Origin: Sandaracinaceae bacterium
Lineage (GTDB): Bacteria; Myxococcota_A; Polyangia; Polyangiales; Sandaracinaceae
Direction of reading: 5' to 3'
Assembly: GCA_044220955.1 (NCBI GenBank)
Contig: JBGAQA010000070.1
Span: forward strand, 1-36,653
Length of the DNA stretch: 36,653 nt
In this document: positions 18,360-26,557 of the stretch, piece by piece
Position numbering within the stretch: the first letter of the stretch is position 1
Layout of the letters: each line of letters begins with the position of its first letter
Program-made: the position numbers and the translations under genes
The notes under the pieces: generated by a model
What the model saw: only the letters and a program-made list of their open reading frames with translations
Database searches by the model: none
Told to the model about the DNA's origin: nothing

Positions 18360-18392
18360 GTGCGCGCGCCGGGCGCGCCCCACGCTCGGAGC

Positions 18393-19304
18393 ATGCAGAC
18401 GACGACCGTCGTGAGTCGGGGGGCGGCGAGCTGGGCGGGGATCGTCCCCTTCGCGCTGTGTCACCTCGCCGCGCTCGGCGCGCTCTGGTCGGGCGTGACC
18501 TGGCAGGCCGTCCTGCTCGGCGTCGCGCTCTACTGGCTGCGGATCTTCGGCGTGACCGCCGGCTACCACCGGTACTTCTCGCACCGCGCCTTCGAGACGT
18601 CGCGACCGTTCGCGTTCGCGCTCGCGTTCCTCGCGGAGTCGACCGCGCAGAAGGGCGCGCTCTGGTGGGCCTCGCACCACCGCCGGCACCACCTCTACTC
18701 CGACCGCCCCGAGGATCTCCATTCCCCGCGGGCGCACGGCTTTGTGCAGGCCCACCTGGGCTGGCTCTTCTCGGGGACGGAGGAGACGGACTGGAAGCGG
18801 GTGAAGGATCTCTCGGCGCGCCCGGAGCTGGTCTGGCTCAACGACCACTGGCTGGTGCCCCCGATCGCGCTCGCGCTCGCGTGCTTGCTGATCGCCGGCT
18901 GGCCGGGGCTCTTCGTCGGCTTCTTCGCCTCGACCGTCTGCACCTGGCACGCGACCTTCGCGATCAACAGCCTCGCCCACGTCTGGGGCACGCGCCGCTA
19001 CGCGACGCCGGACGACAGCCGCAACAACCCGCTCCTGGCGTTCCTCACGATGGGCGAGGGCTGGCACAACAACCATCATCACTACATGCGGAGCGCGCGG
19101 CAGGGCTTCTTCCCGCACGAGATCGACCTGACCTACCTCGTGCTCCGCGCGCTCGCCTCGCTCGGCATCGTGTGGGGCATCAAGGAGCCCCCCGCGCGGC
19201 TCCTGCAGCCGTCCGCGTGCCTCCCTCAGCGCATGACGCAGGCCGGCGGCGGCTCGCCGGCGGTGAACGTGTGCACCACCTCGCCATCGACGAACACCCG
19301 ATAG
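18393..19304 (+). CDS. Acyl-CoA (delta-9-type) membrane fatty acid desaturase
   Basis: GGAG RBS before ATG 18393. His boxes GYHRYFSH, WASHHRRHH.YSD...D.HSP, INSLAH..G, GEGWHNNHH. Confidence 0.95.
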   Translation: MQTTTVVSRGAASWAGIVPFALCHLAALGALWSGVTWQAVLLGVALYWLRIFGVTAGYHRYFSHRAFETSRPFAFALAFLAESTAQKGALWWASHHRRHHLYSDRPEDLHSPRAHGFVQAHLGWLFSGTEETDWKRVKDLSARPELVWLNDHWLVPPIALALACLLIAGWPGLFVGFFASTVCTWHATFAINSLAHVWGTRRYATPDDSRNNPLLAFLTMGEGWHNNHHHYMRSARQGFFPHEIDLTYLVLRALASLGIVWGIKEPPARLLQPSACLPQRMTQAGGGSPAVNVCTTSPSTNTR

Positions 19305-20149
19305 AGCTCCCCGCGCACCAGCGGGGGCAGATCGCACTCGCGCTCGTGCTCGATGCACGCTCCCGGACAGTCGACGTCGCAGCGGGTCCAGTAGTCGCGC
19401 GCGAGCAGCGTGATGTCGCCGCCCGGTGGCAGATCGTCGGTGTGTCGCGGCGAGACGATCGCCTGGCACTCGGAGTCGAGCTGGCCGCAGGACCAGCAGC
19501 CGCTACGCATCCGGAGCGTGTAGCGGTCGATGCGATCCGCCAGCTCGACGCAGAGATCGCCGCGCACCGGCCCGGTGGTGAGATCGGGCACCGCGCCGCA
19601 CGTGTCGATCTCGGCATAGGTCGCGCAGCCGGGCGGAGGGGGGATCGAGGGGTCGAAGGTGTCCACGACGCCGATCGCGAAGGCGACGACGCCGTTGGCC
19701 TCGACCGTCCAGGGCCCGAGCGCCGAGAGCGGGAGCGGGGGTACGGAGCACGTGCCGCGCGGCGTCTCGCACTCGTCGCAGAGGCACTCGTCGTCGCAGA
19801 GCCCGGTCGTGATGCGCAGCGTGCGGGTCGCGGCGTCGACCGACACGTCGCACGTCGCGTGGACGCAGCAAGTGCAGGTGTCGAACTGGAAGGGCAGCTC
19901 GAAGGCCGAGCCGGCGGGGATCGCGAACGACCCGAGGCAGCTCGCGTCCGGACGTCGGAGCGGGCAGGCGACGGGGGCGTCGGCGGCGGGGGCGTCGAGG
20001 ACCGGGCCGGCGTCGGGGGTCCCGAGGACGCGCGCGTCGGTCGGCGCGACTGCCGCGTCCGTCGGGTGCGCGCGGCCTCTCTCGTGCGCGCCGTAGCACC
20101 CGGAGACGAGGACGAGCGCGGTCAGCACGGCCTGGCACACTCGCGGCAT
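19226..20149 (-). CDS. Cys-rich lipoprotein with two internally repeated domains
   Basis: Signal MPRVCQAVLTALVLVSGC and DAA/DAG linker. Two similar units end C..PPL...W/Y.V..NG/DG. Confidence 0.8.
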   Translation of the reverse strand: MPRVCQAVLTALVLVSGCYGAHERGRAHPTDAAVAPTDARVLGTPDAGPVLDAPAADAPVACPLRRPDASCLGSFAIPAGSAFELPFQFDTCTCCVHATCDVSVDAATRTLRITTGLCDDECLCDECETPRGTCSVPPLPLSALGPWTVEANGVVAFAIGVVDTFDPSIPPPPGCATYAEIDTCGAVPDLTTGPVRGDLCVELADRIDRYTLRMRSGCWSCGQLDSECQAIVSPRHTDDLPPGGDITLLARDYWTRCDVDCPGACIEHERECDLPPLVRGELYRVFVDGEVVHTFTAGEPPPACVMR

Positions 20150-20241
20150 CGCGGGCGGGCGCACGCAAGAGGCGGGCCGATGGCGCGCGCGGGAGCAGCG
20201 CGAGCCAACGCGAGGTCGAGGTCGAGTACCCTCCCGGGGCG

Positions 20242-21891
20242 ATGCGTGTCCTCATCCGCGACGCCGCCCTGATCGACGGCACCGGTGCGCCCGCCGTGCG
20301 CGGCGAGCTGCTGATCGAGGGCCAGCACATCGCCGAGATCGGCGCGAGCTCCCTGGCACCCGACGTGGTGATCGACGGACGCGGGCACGTCGTCACGCCG
20401 GGCTTCATCGACGTGCACTCGCACGGCGATTTCCAGCTCCCTGGCGAGCCGGAGGCCCACGGCAAGGTCATGCAAGGGGTCACCACCGAGGTGATCGGCA
20501 ACTGCGGGCTCGGGCTCTTTCCCGCCAACGAGCGGGTCGAGGGCTTCTACGATCTGCTCTCGCCGATGCTCTTCGGCGAGCGGGGCGGCGGCTGCTCCCG
20601 CGACGTCGCCGCGTATCGCGCCAAGTTGAACGAGCGTGGGCTCAGCGTGAACGCGGCGCCGCTCGTCGCGCACGGCAACGTTCGCTGCCTAGCGATGGGG
20701 CTCGCCGAGCGTCCCTGCCGCCCCGAGGAGCTCGCGGAGATGAAGGAGTCCGTCGCGGCGAACATGGAGCAGGGCGCGTTCGGGCTCTCCACGGGCCTGG
20801 TCTATCCGCCCGGCGCGTTCGCCGAGACCGAGGAGATCGTCGAGCTCGCGAAGGTCACCGCGTCGTACGGCGGGATCTACGCGACGCACATGCGCGACGA
20901 GGGCGGACGCCTCGTCCAGTCCGTCGAGGAGACGCTCCGCATCGGCCGCGAGGCGCAGGTGAGCGTCCAGATCTCGCACCACAAGGCCGCGGGACGCTGG
21001 AACTGGGGAAAGGTGAACAAGACGCTGGCGATGCTCGACGCGGCGCGCGCCGAGGGGCTCGACGTGCACAGCGACGTGTATCCCTACACGGCGGGCTCGA
21101 CGGTGCTCAGCGCCATGATCCTGCCGCTCTGGGCCTTCGAGGGCTCGCAGGAGAGGACGCTCGAGCGCCTGCGCGATCCCGCGACCCGGAAGAAGGTCGT
21201 CGCCGACAGCAAGAAGCGGATGCTGAAGCTCGTCCACATGCCGGCGGCCTTCGACAGCTGGTTCCCCAAGGAGCTGATCCTCCCGTTCATGACGATCGGC
21301 CTGAGCCGGCTGGTGGTCGTCAGCTCGGTCAAGAACCGGCACGAGTACGAGGGGATGACCCTCGCGGCGATCTCGCGGAAGCGGCGGCAGAGCCTCTACG
21401 ACACGATGCTCGACCTGCTGATCGAGGAGGAGCTCGCGGTCGCGGCCATCGCGCACGTGATGAGCGAGAAGGACGTCGAGACCGTCATGAAGCACCCGCA
21501 GACGATGATCGGGAGCGACGGCTTCCCGCAGCGCGAGGGAAAGCCGCACCCGCGCTCCTACGGGACCTACCCGCGCGTGATCGAGCACTACGTCCGCGAC
21601 CGGGGCCTCTTCTCGCTCGAGACCGCGATCCACAAGATGACCGGCATGGTCGCGCGCAAGCTCGGGATCGCGGACCGGGGCGAGCTGAGGGTGGGCGCGC
21701 GCGCGGACGTGCTGGTGCTGGACGCGGCGAACATGCACGACCGCGCGACCTACGCCGACCCCCGCCGGCACCCGACCGGCCTCGCGCACGTCTTCGTCGA
21801 CGGCGCGTGGACGGTGAGGGACGGCGTCCACACGGGCGCCCGCGGCGGGCGCGTGCTCGAGAAGGAGCCCCGGCCGGTCGCCCGGGTCTGA
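20242..21891 (+). CDS. N-acyl-D-amino-acid deacylase (D-aminoacylase) family amidohydrolase
   Basis: PGFIDVHSHGD, GVTTEVIGNCG, GA.GLSTGL.YPPG.FA, YATHMRDE, ISHHK, DVYPY.AGST, IGSDG, PHPRSYGTYPR, A.HKMTG. Confidence 0.93.
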   Translation: MRVLIRDAALIDGTGAPAVRGELLIEGQHIAEIGASSLAPDVVIDGRGHVVTPGFIDVHSHGDFQLPGEPEAHGKVMQGVTTEVIGNCGLGLFPANERVEGFYDLLSPMLFGERGGGCSRDVAAYRAKLNERGLSVNAAPLVAHGNVRCLAMGLAERPCRPEELAEMKESVAANMEQGAFGLSTGLVYPPGAFAETEEIVELAKVTASYGGIYATHMRDEGGRLVQSVEETLRIGREAQVSVQISHHKAAGRWNWGKVNKTLAMLDAARAEGLDVHSDVYPYTAGSTVLSAMILPLWAFEGSQERTLERLRDPATRKKVVADSKKRMLKLVHMPAAFDSWFPKELILPFMTIGLSRLVVVSSVKNRHEYEGMTLAAISRKRRQSLYDTMLDLLIEEELAVAAIAHVMSEKDVETVMKHPQTMIGSDGFPQREGKPHPRSYGTYPRVIEHYVRDRGLFSLETAIHKMTGMVARKLGIADRGELRVGARADVLVLDAANMHDRATYADPRRHPTGLAHVFVDGAWTVRDGVHTGARGGRVLEKEPRPVARV

Positions 21892-21904
21892 AGGAGACGC
21901 CCGC

Positions 21905-22771
21905 GTGCCGACCCTCGCCGACATCCGCCAGTTCGCGCGCTACCACCTGATCCGTCGCGTGCACGACCACCCCGCCCGCGACACCGATCTCGGCGCGGTG
22001 CCGCTCGGCTACGACCCCGACGCGTTCGAGGCGAGCGTGCGCGCGTTCGCCGGACCCTTCGAGGTCCGCGAGGCCGCGCGCGTGGACTACCTCGGTCGAT
22101 CCCGCCCCGTCCTCGAGGTGCGGTCGAGGGACCTCGGCGCGGCGCGCAGGCGCCTGCTCGTGCTCTCCGGCGTGCACGGGAACGAGCACGCTGGGATCCT
22201 CTGCGTGCCGGAGATCCTCGCGCGCTTCGCCGCGGAGGCCCCCGATGGCGTGGGCCTCTGCCTGCTCACGCCGGTCAACCCGATCGGCGCGGCGGAGCGC
22301 TCGCGCTTCAACGCCGAGGGATACGACGTCAATCGCGACTTCGTCCGCTTCGCGACGCCAGAGGCGCGGCTCGTGCGCGCGACGTTCGACGCGATCCGTC
22401 CCGACTTCGTCGTGTCGCTGCACGAGGGCCCGCAGGAGGCGACGTTCATGTTCGCCAACGCGCACGTCTCCGCGCTGCTCGCGGCGCGCCTGCTCGCGGC
22501 CCTCGAGGCGGGGGGCACGACGCTCGCGACCCACGACTACTTCGGCGCGCGCCTGCGCCCGCCCGGCCTCTCGCCCTCGACGGCGACGAACCGCGCCGTC
22601 GTGGGCCTCTGGGCCCTGACGCTCGGCATGCGGGCGACGATCGCGTACTCCGAGCTCCGCGGCGTCCCGGAGCTCGTCCTCGAGAGCTCTTGGCGCGGAG
22701 AGGATCGCGCGGCGCGCGTCCGACCTCACGTCGATCTCTGCCTCGCGGTGGCGCGCGCGCTCGCCGAGTGA
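21905..22771 (+). CDS. M14-family zinc carboxypeptidase / succinylglutamate desuccinylase-like protein
   Basis: SGVHGNEHAG (HxxE), PVNP.G....R.N.EG.D.NRDF, VSLHEG, terminal LES. Confidence 0.85.
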   Translation: MPTLADIRQFARYHLIRRVHDHPARDTDLGAVPLGYDPDAFEASVRAFAGPFEVREAARVDYLGRSRPVLEVRSRDLGAARRRLLVLSGVHGNEHAGILCVPEILARFAAEAPDGVGLCLLTPVNPIGAAERSRFNAEGYDVNRDFVRFATPEARLVRATFDAIRPDFVVSLHEGPQEATFMFANAHVSALLAARLLAALEAGGTTLATHDYFGARLRPPGLSPSTATNRAVVGLWALTLGMRATIAYSELRGVPELVLESSWRGEDRAARVRPHVDLCLAVARALAE

Positions 22772-22774
22772 GGC

Positions 22775-23740
22775 TCAGACCGGCGAGGGCCGCGTGCTCA
22801 CGAGCGCCTCGAACGCTCGCCCGAACGTCCGAGACAGCATGACGTGCCGCAGCGGCCAGAGGGGGGACTTGCAGTCCTCGAGGGGGACCTTGCCCGTGTA
22901 GCGATCGGAGAGCGCCGCCGCGGCCTCCTCGGCGAGGCGGTCCAGGTAGAGCCTGCCGAGCTCGGCGCTGGCCTTGGCGGGCGCGCCCGCGTACGTCTCG
23001 CGCTCGTAGTACTGCTGCTTGAGCGGGAACGACCGGACCAGCTCCAGCAAGGTCGCCTTGGTCCCGCGCTGGAGCGGCGGCTTCCCGCGCGCGGCGAGAT
23101 CGAGCTCGAGCGAGCGCGGCGGCAGCGACGCGAAGCCGCGGTCGACGTGCGGTCCGGCCAGGTGCAACAGGAGCGCCGTCTCGACGAGCCCGCCGTGCGA
23201 GTCGCCCTTCAGCTCCTCCTTCGCGATGCCGCCGATTCCGTCGAGCAGCGTGCCGAGGTCGGAGCTGCCCCCGGTGAGGCGCTTCACGAGGAGCGAGAAC
23301 ACGGAGATCATCTCGACGCCCGTCGCGCGGTGCGCGCGGTGCGCGCCGACCTCGAGCGCCGACACGTGTCGCGGCCCGCCGTGGAAGCTGCCGATCCACA
23401 CGTGGCGGAAGCCCTGTCGCCCGAGGCTCGTGCCGAGCTCCTCGATCACCTTCGCGACGGTCCGTGGGCTGAACTTGATCGAGCCACGGTGCGGCAGGAC
23501 GTCGGCCGCGGTGAACATCCAGGGCAGGCGCACGAAGCCGATCCCGTCGTGCCGCCGCGTCAAGAGCTCGGCGGCGCGCTCGGTCAGGCCCTCCGCCTCG
23601 CGGAGGTCCGCCATCGTCGGCAGGTGAGGGCCGTGGACCTCGATCGGCGAGCACTGCACGAGCACGACGGTGCGCGTGCGATCGAGCGCCTCGATCTGCC
23701 GACCGGTGAGCTCGTGCCAGCTGCGGATGGCCGTGCTCAC
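22775..23740 (-). CDS. Creatininase-family amidohydrolase
   Basis: GTG overlaps the upstream stop (GTGA). Motifs W.ELT...I, IEVHGPHLP..AD, GFR......HGG, DSHGGLVET.L.L.L. Confidence 0.85.
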   Translation of the reverse strand: MSTAIRSWHELTGRQIEALDRTRTVVLVQCSPIEVHGPHLPTMADLREAEGLTERAAELLTRRHDGIGFVRLPWMFTAADVLPHRGSIKFSPRTVAKVIEELGTSLGRQGFRHVWIGSFHGGPRHVSALEVGAHRAHRATGVEMISVFSLLVKRLTGGSSDLGTLLDGIGGIAKEELKGDSHGGLVETALLLHLAGPHVDRGFASLPPRSLELDLAARGKPPLQRGTKATLLELVRSFPLKQQYYERETYAGAPAKASAELGRLYLDRLAEEAAAALSDRYTGKVPLEDCKSPLWPLRHVMLSRTFGRAFEALVSTRPSPV

Positions 23741-25182
23741 GCGAAGAGGTCGTTCAGGTAGTGGACCAGGATCGCCTTGCGGAACGCAGGCGTCAGCTCC
23801 TGCAAGATCTGGTTGATGCCGGCGCTCGCCTCGGGCACGCCCGCGCCGCTCATCCCGGCGAACGCGAGGAGCTTGCCGAACGCCTCGTCGTCGAGGGCCG
23901 CGGGATCGATGTGGGAGGCCATTCGCGCGACGTCCTTGGCCGTGTCGTCCTTCGGAATTGCGCGCGCCTCGAGGGCCGACGCGCGGAGGTCGGCGAGGAA
24001 GGCGTCCACGTGCGGGACGTTGGCGGCCGTCACGGAGAGGTGGACGTGCTCGCGCAGCGCCCCGGTGCCGAGCGTCGGCTGGATGTACCAGCCGCGCTTC
24101 TTCATCAGGTCGGGGAGGTGGAAGACGTGGAACGCGTCCGACGTGAAGGCGATGAGCGTCATGTCGGGCGACGAGATCACCTTCAGGCCCTCGATCGCGT
24201 CGATGCCTTCGACGAAGCGTCGCGTCGCGTCGCGCATCTCGCTCGCGATGCGGAGGTAGCCCTCTTGCCCCATGCACGTCATCGTCGCCCACGCGCCGGC
24301 GAGCGGGCCGCCGCTCTTGGTGCTCTGCACGGTCGCGTTCACGATCGTGTAGCCGGCCCACTCGGAGCACGCGTAGATCTGGTGCTTGCGCAGGCCCTTG
24401 TCGCGATAGAGCACGACGGAGGCGCCCTTGGGGCAGTAGCCGTACTTGTGCAGATCCATCGAGAGGCTCCACACGCCCGGGACGCGGAAGTCGAACGCGG
24501 GCACGCTCTGCCCGAGCCTCTCGAGGAAGGGGAGAAGCACGCCTCCCATGCACGCATCGACGTGCATCCAGAGGCCCTTCTCGGTCGCGAGCGCCGCCAG
24601 CCCCTCGACGTCGTCGACGACGCCGTAGGCGTACGAGGGAGCCGAGCCGACCAGCACGAGCGTGCGATCGGAGAGCGCGGCGCGCGCCGCCTCGACGCCC
24701 GCGCGACAGGTGACGGGATCCACGTCGAACGTCCGGATGTCCATGCCGAGGTACGCGGCCGCCTTGTGGAACGCGGCGTGCGCGGTGATCGGCAGCAGGA
24801 TCTCGGGGCGCGTCAGCTCGGGGCGGTGCTTCTTGCTCCAGTCGCGGGCGGCCTTCATCGCGAGCAGGATCGACTCGGTGCCGCCGCTGGTGAAGTTGCC
24901 GACGACCTTCTCGTCGCCGTGCACGTGCGTCGCGCACATGCGCACGACCTCGTTCTCGAGGCGCAGGAGCGAGGGGAACGACGTCGGGTCCAGGCCGTTC
25001 TCGCTGAGGAACGCGAGGCAGGCACGCTTGCCCGCGTCGATCGCCTCGTGGCGCGCGTCGAAGACGTAGCCGAAGGCCTTGCCCTCCCGCCAGGGCACGT
25101 CCTGGGAGCGGTAGCCCTCGAGCGTCTTCAGCACGTCGTCCTTGTTCGTCCCGCGCTCGGGGATCTTCGCCGTCGTCGTCAT
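23737..25182 (-). CDS. PLP-dependent enzyme, sphingosine-1-phosphate lyase-like (group II decarboxylase fold)
   Basis: GGAGG RBS. Motifs W.EGK..GYVF, GNFTSGGTESILLA.KAARD, TAHAAFHKAA.YLG, GSAPSY.YGVVD, HVDAC.GG..LPF, FDFRVPGV.S.S.DLHKYGY.PKG.SVVLYR. Confidence 0.88.
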   Translation of the reverse strand: MTTTAKIPERGTNKDDVLKTLEGYRSQDVPWREGKAFGYVFDARHEAIDAGKRACLAFLSENGLDPTSFPSLLRLENEVVRMCATHVHGDEKVVGNFTSGGTESILLAMKAARDWSKKHRPELTRPEILLPITAHAAFHKAAAYLGMDIRTFDVDPVTCRAGVEAARAALSDRTLVLVGSAPSYAYGVVDDVEGLAALATEKGLWMHVDACMGGVLLPFLERLGQSVPAFDFRVPGVWSLSMDLHKYGYCPKGASVVLYRDKGLRKHQIYACSEWAGYTIVNATVQSTKSGGPLAGAWATMTCMGQEGYLRIASEMRDATRRFVEGIDAIEGLKVISSPDMTLIAFTSDAFHVFHLPDLMKKRGWYIQPTLGTGALREHVHLSVTAANVPHVDAFLADLRASALEARAIPKDDTAKDVARMASHIDPAALDDEAFGKLLAFAGMSGAGVPEASAGINQILQELTPAFRKAILVHYLNDLFA

Positions 25183-25218
25183 CGCTCGTCCTCCCGCTGC
25201 CACACGCCGTCCACTCGT

Positions 25219-25818
25219 CTACTCGCCGAAGCCCTGCTCGAGCTCCACGAACGTCTCGCGGCCGAGGCGCACGAGATCGGTGCTCGCGCCGCCCTCCAGC
25301 CACTCGCGCAGCGTCGCGCGCACCGCGCCGACCACCGCGGAGGCCCGCACCCGCGCCCGCCGCCGCGCGCGCGGCGTCTCCCTCTCGCCGCCGAGGAACG
25401 CGCGCTCGAGCGCCGCCTCGCTGAGCCGATCGTGGTGCAGCTCGCGGCCGACGAGCGCGGGCTCGGCCTCCACGATGCGCCACTGCGCGAGCATCCGCGT
25501 GCGGTCGTCCTGGTAGTGGCGCGCGAGCGCGAGGCAGGCGCGCCGGACCGTCTCGAAGCGCGTCTCGTCGGCGGCGGGCACCAGCAGCCGCTCGAGCATC
25601 GCGAGCCGCTCGTCGCGCACCGGGAAGACGAGCTCGTCCTTGCTCACGAAGTAGCGGAACGCCGTGCGCCGCGAGAGGCCGGCGCGCGCCGCGATGTCGT
25701 CCATCGTGGTCGCCGCGTAGCCCTTCTCCGCGAAGAGCGCATAGGCGGCCGCGACGAGGGCGTCCCGGCGCTCCTTCGTGTTCCGCTCTCGGAGCCCCGC
25801 CTCTTCCGCCGCCTGCAC
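25219..25818 (-). CDS. TetR/AcrR-family transcriptional regulator, MftR-like
   Basis: GLRER...RR..L..AA..LF.EKGY..TT.DDIA.RAGLSRRT.FRYF.SKDELV helix-turn-helix. Helical C-terminus ...GAVRATLREW. Confidence 0.93.
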   Translation of the reverse strand: MQAAEEAGLRERNTKERRDALVAAAYALFAEKGYAATTMDDIAARAGLSRRTAFRYFVSKDELVFPVRDERLAMLERLLVPAADETRFETVRRACLALARHYQDDRTRMLAQWRIVEAEPALVGRELHHDRLSEAALERAFLGGERETPRARRRARVRASAVVGAVRATLREWLEGGASTDLVRLGRETFVELEQGFGE

Positions 25819-25833
25819 GGGCGGGGATCTAGC

Positions 25834-25875
25834 AAAATGGCACCAGGTGTCAAAATAAAAATGACACCGAGTGCC
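25834..25875. promoter_or_regulatory. Double operator upstream of tetR overlapping a perfect -35 (TTGACA, minus strand)
   Basis: ggcaccaggtgtca (25839-25852) and tgacaccgagtgcc (25862-25875) are 12/14 inverted copies, and each is itself a dyad. AT-rich 9-nt spacer. TTGACA at 25853-25848 on the minus strand. Confidence 0.75.
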
Positions 25876-25902
25876 GGAACCGAGCTCGCGCCACGAGCGG
25901 GC

Positions 25903-26448
25903 TCAGGGGCCGGGCGCACCCGCGGCGATCCAGAGCCGGATGGTCTCCGCCTGGCCAGGGGCGAGCCCAGCGGTGCCCATCGGCATGATGGTCCCGAAGA
26001 CGATCTCTCCGCGCGAGGTGAGCGGGCAGGTGGAGGCGGGGAATCGGCCCATCCCGTCGCGCACGAGGCCGCCCTGGTCCCACGTCGCGTCCGGCGTGAA
26101 GTCGATGACGGCGCCGGTGTGCGGGCCCGCGACCTTGAGATAGAGCCAGCTGTTGGCCGGATCGCCCGGCGTCACCAGCGGCATCGCGTCGTACTGACAG
26201 GAGGGCTGCTGCAGGTCGGCCAGGAGCGTGCCCGCGGCGATCGAGGTCTGGAAGTTCAGCATCGCAGCGCCGGCGCCCGCGCCGCCGTGGCACGAGCTGA
26301 AGGAGCAGCTGGCAGCCAGGATGTCCCGCACGTTGGCGTACGTCCCGGGCAGAGGCGTCACGGCCGCGTCGGGGGATCCCGACGTCGGTGTGCCACATGC
26401 CGCGAGGACGAGCGCTGCCGCGAGGGCCGAGAGCGCACGATTCGTCAT
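25903..26448 (-). CDS. Putative c-type cytochrome lipoprotein with CX4CH motif
   Basis: Lipobox LVLAAC. Motifs IL..SCSFSSCHG, LVTPGDP.NS.LY.K and GTIMP...L...ETIR.WI.AGA, resembling planctomycete-type cytochrome c domains. Confidence 0.7.
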   Translation of the reverse strand: MTNRALSALAAALVLAACGTPTSGSPDAAVTPLPGTYANVRDILAASCSFSSCHGGAGAGAAMLNFQTSIAAGTLLADLQQPSCQYDAMPLVTPGDPANSWLYLKVAGPHTGAVIDFTPDATWDQGGLVRDGMGRFPASTCPLTSRGEIVFGTIMPMGTAGLAPGQAETIRLWIAAGAPGP

Positions 26449-26557
26449 CCACGGAGGCTACCGGATCCGGCGGGCCCCGTCCGCCAAAGAAGCTATCGTA
26501 GGCGCCTTGATCTTTCGCGTGGTGCCCGTGACCATGTTCTTCTCCTCCGGAGGCTCG

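Noticed and set aside
22775..25875. Mycofactocin cluster (MftR-like regulator plus MftE-like creatininase)
   Set aside because: No MftA precursor, MftB, radical SAM MftC, MftD or MftF is visible; only family-level similarity.
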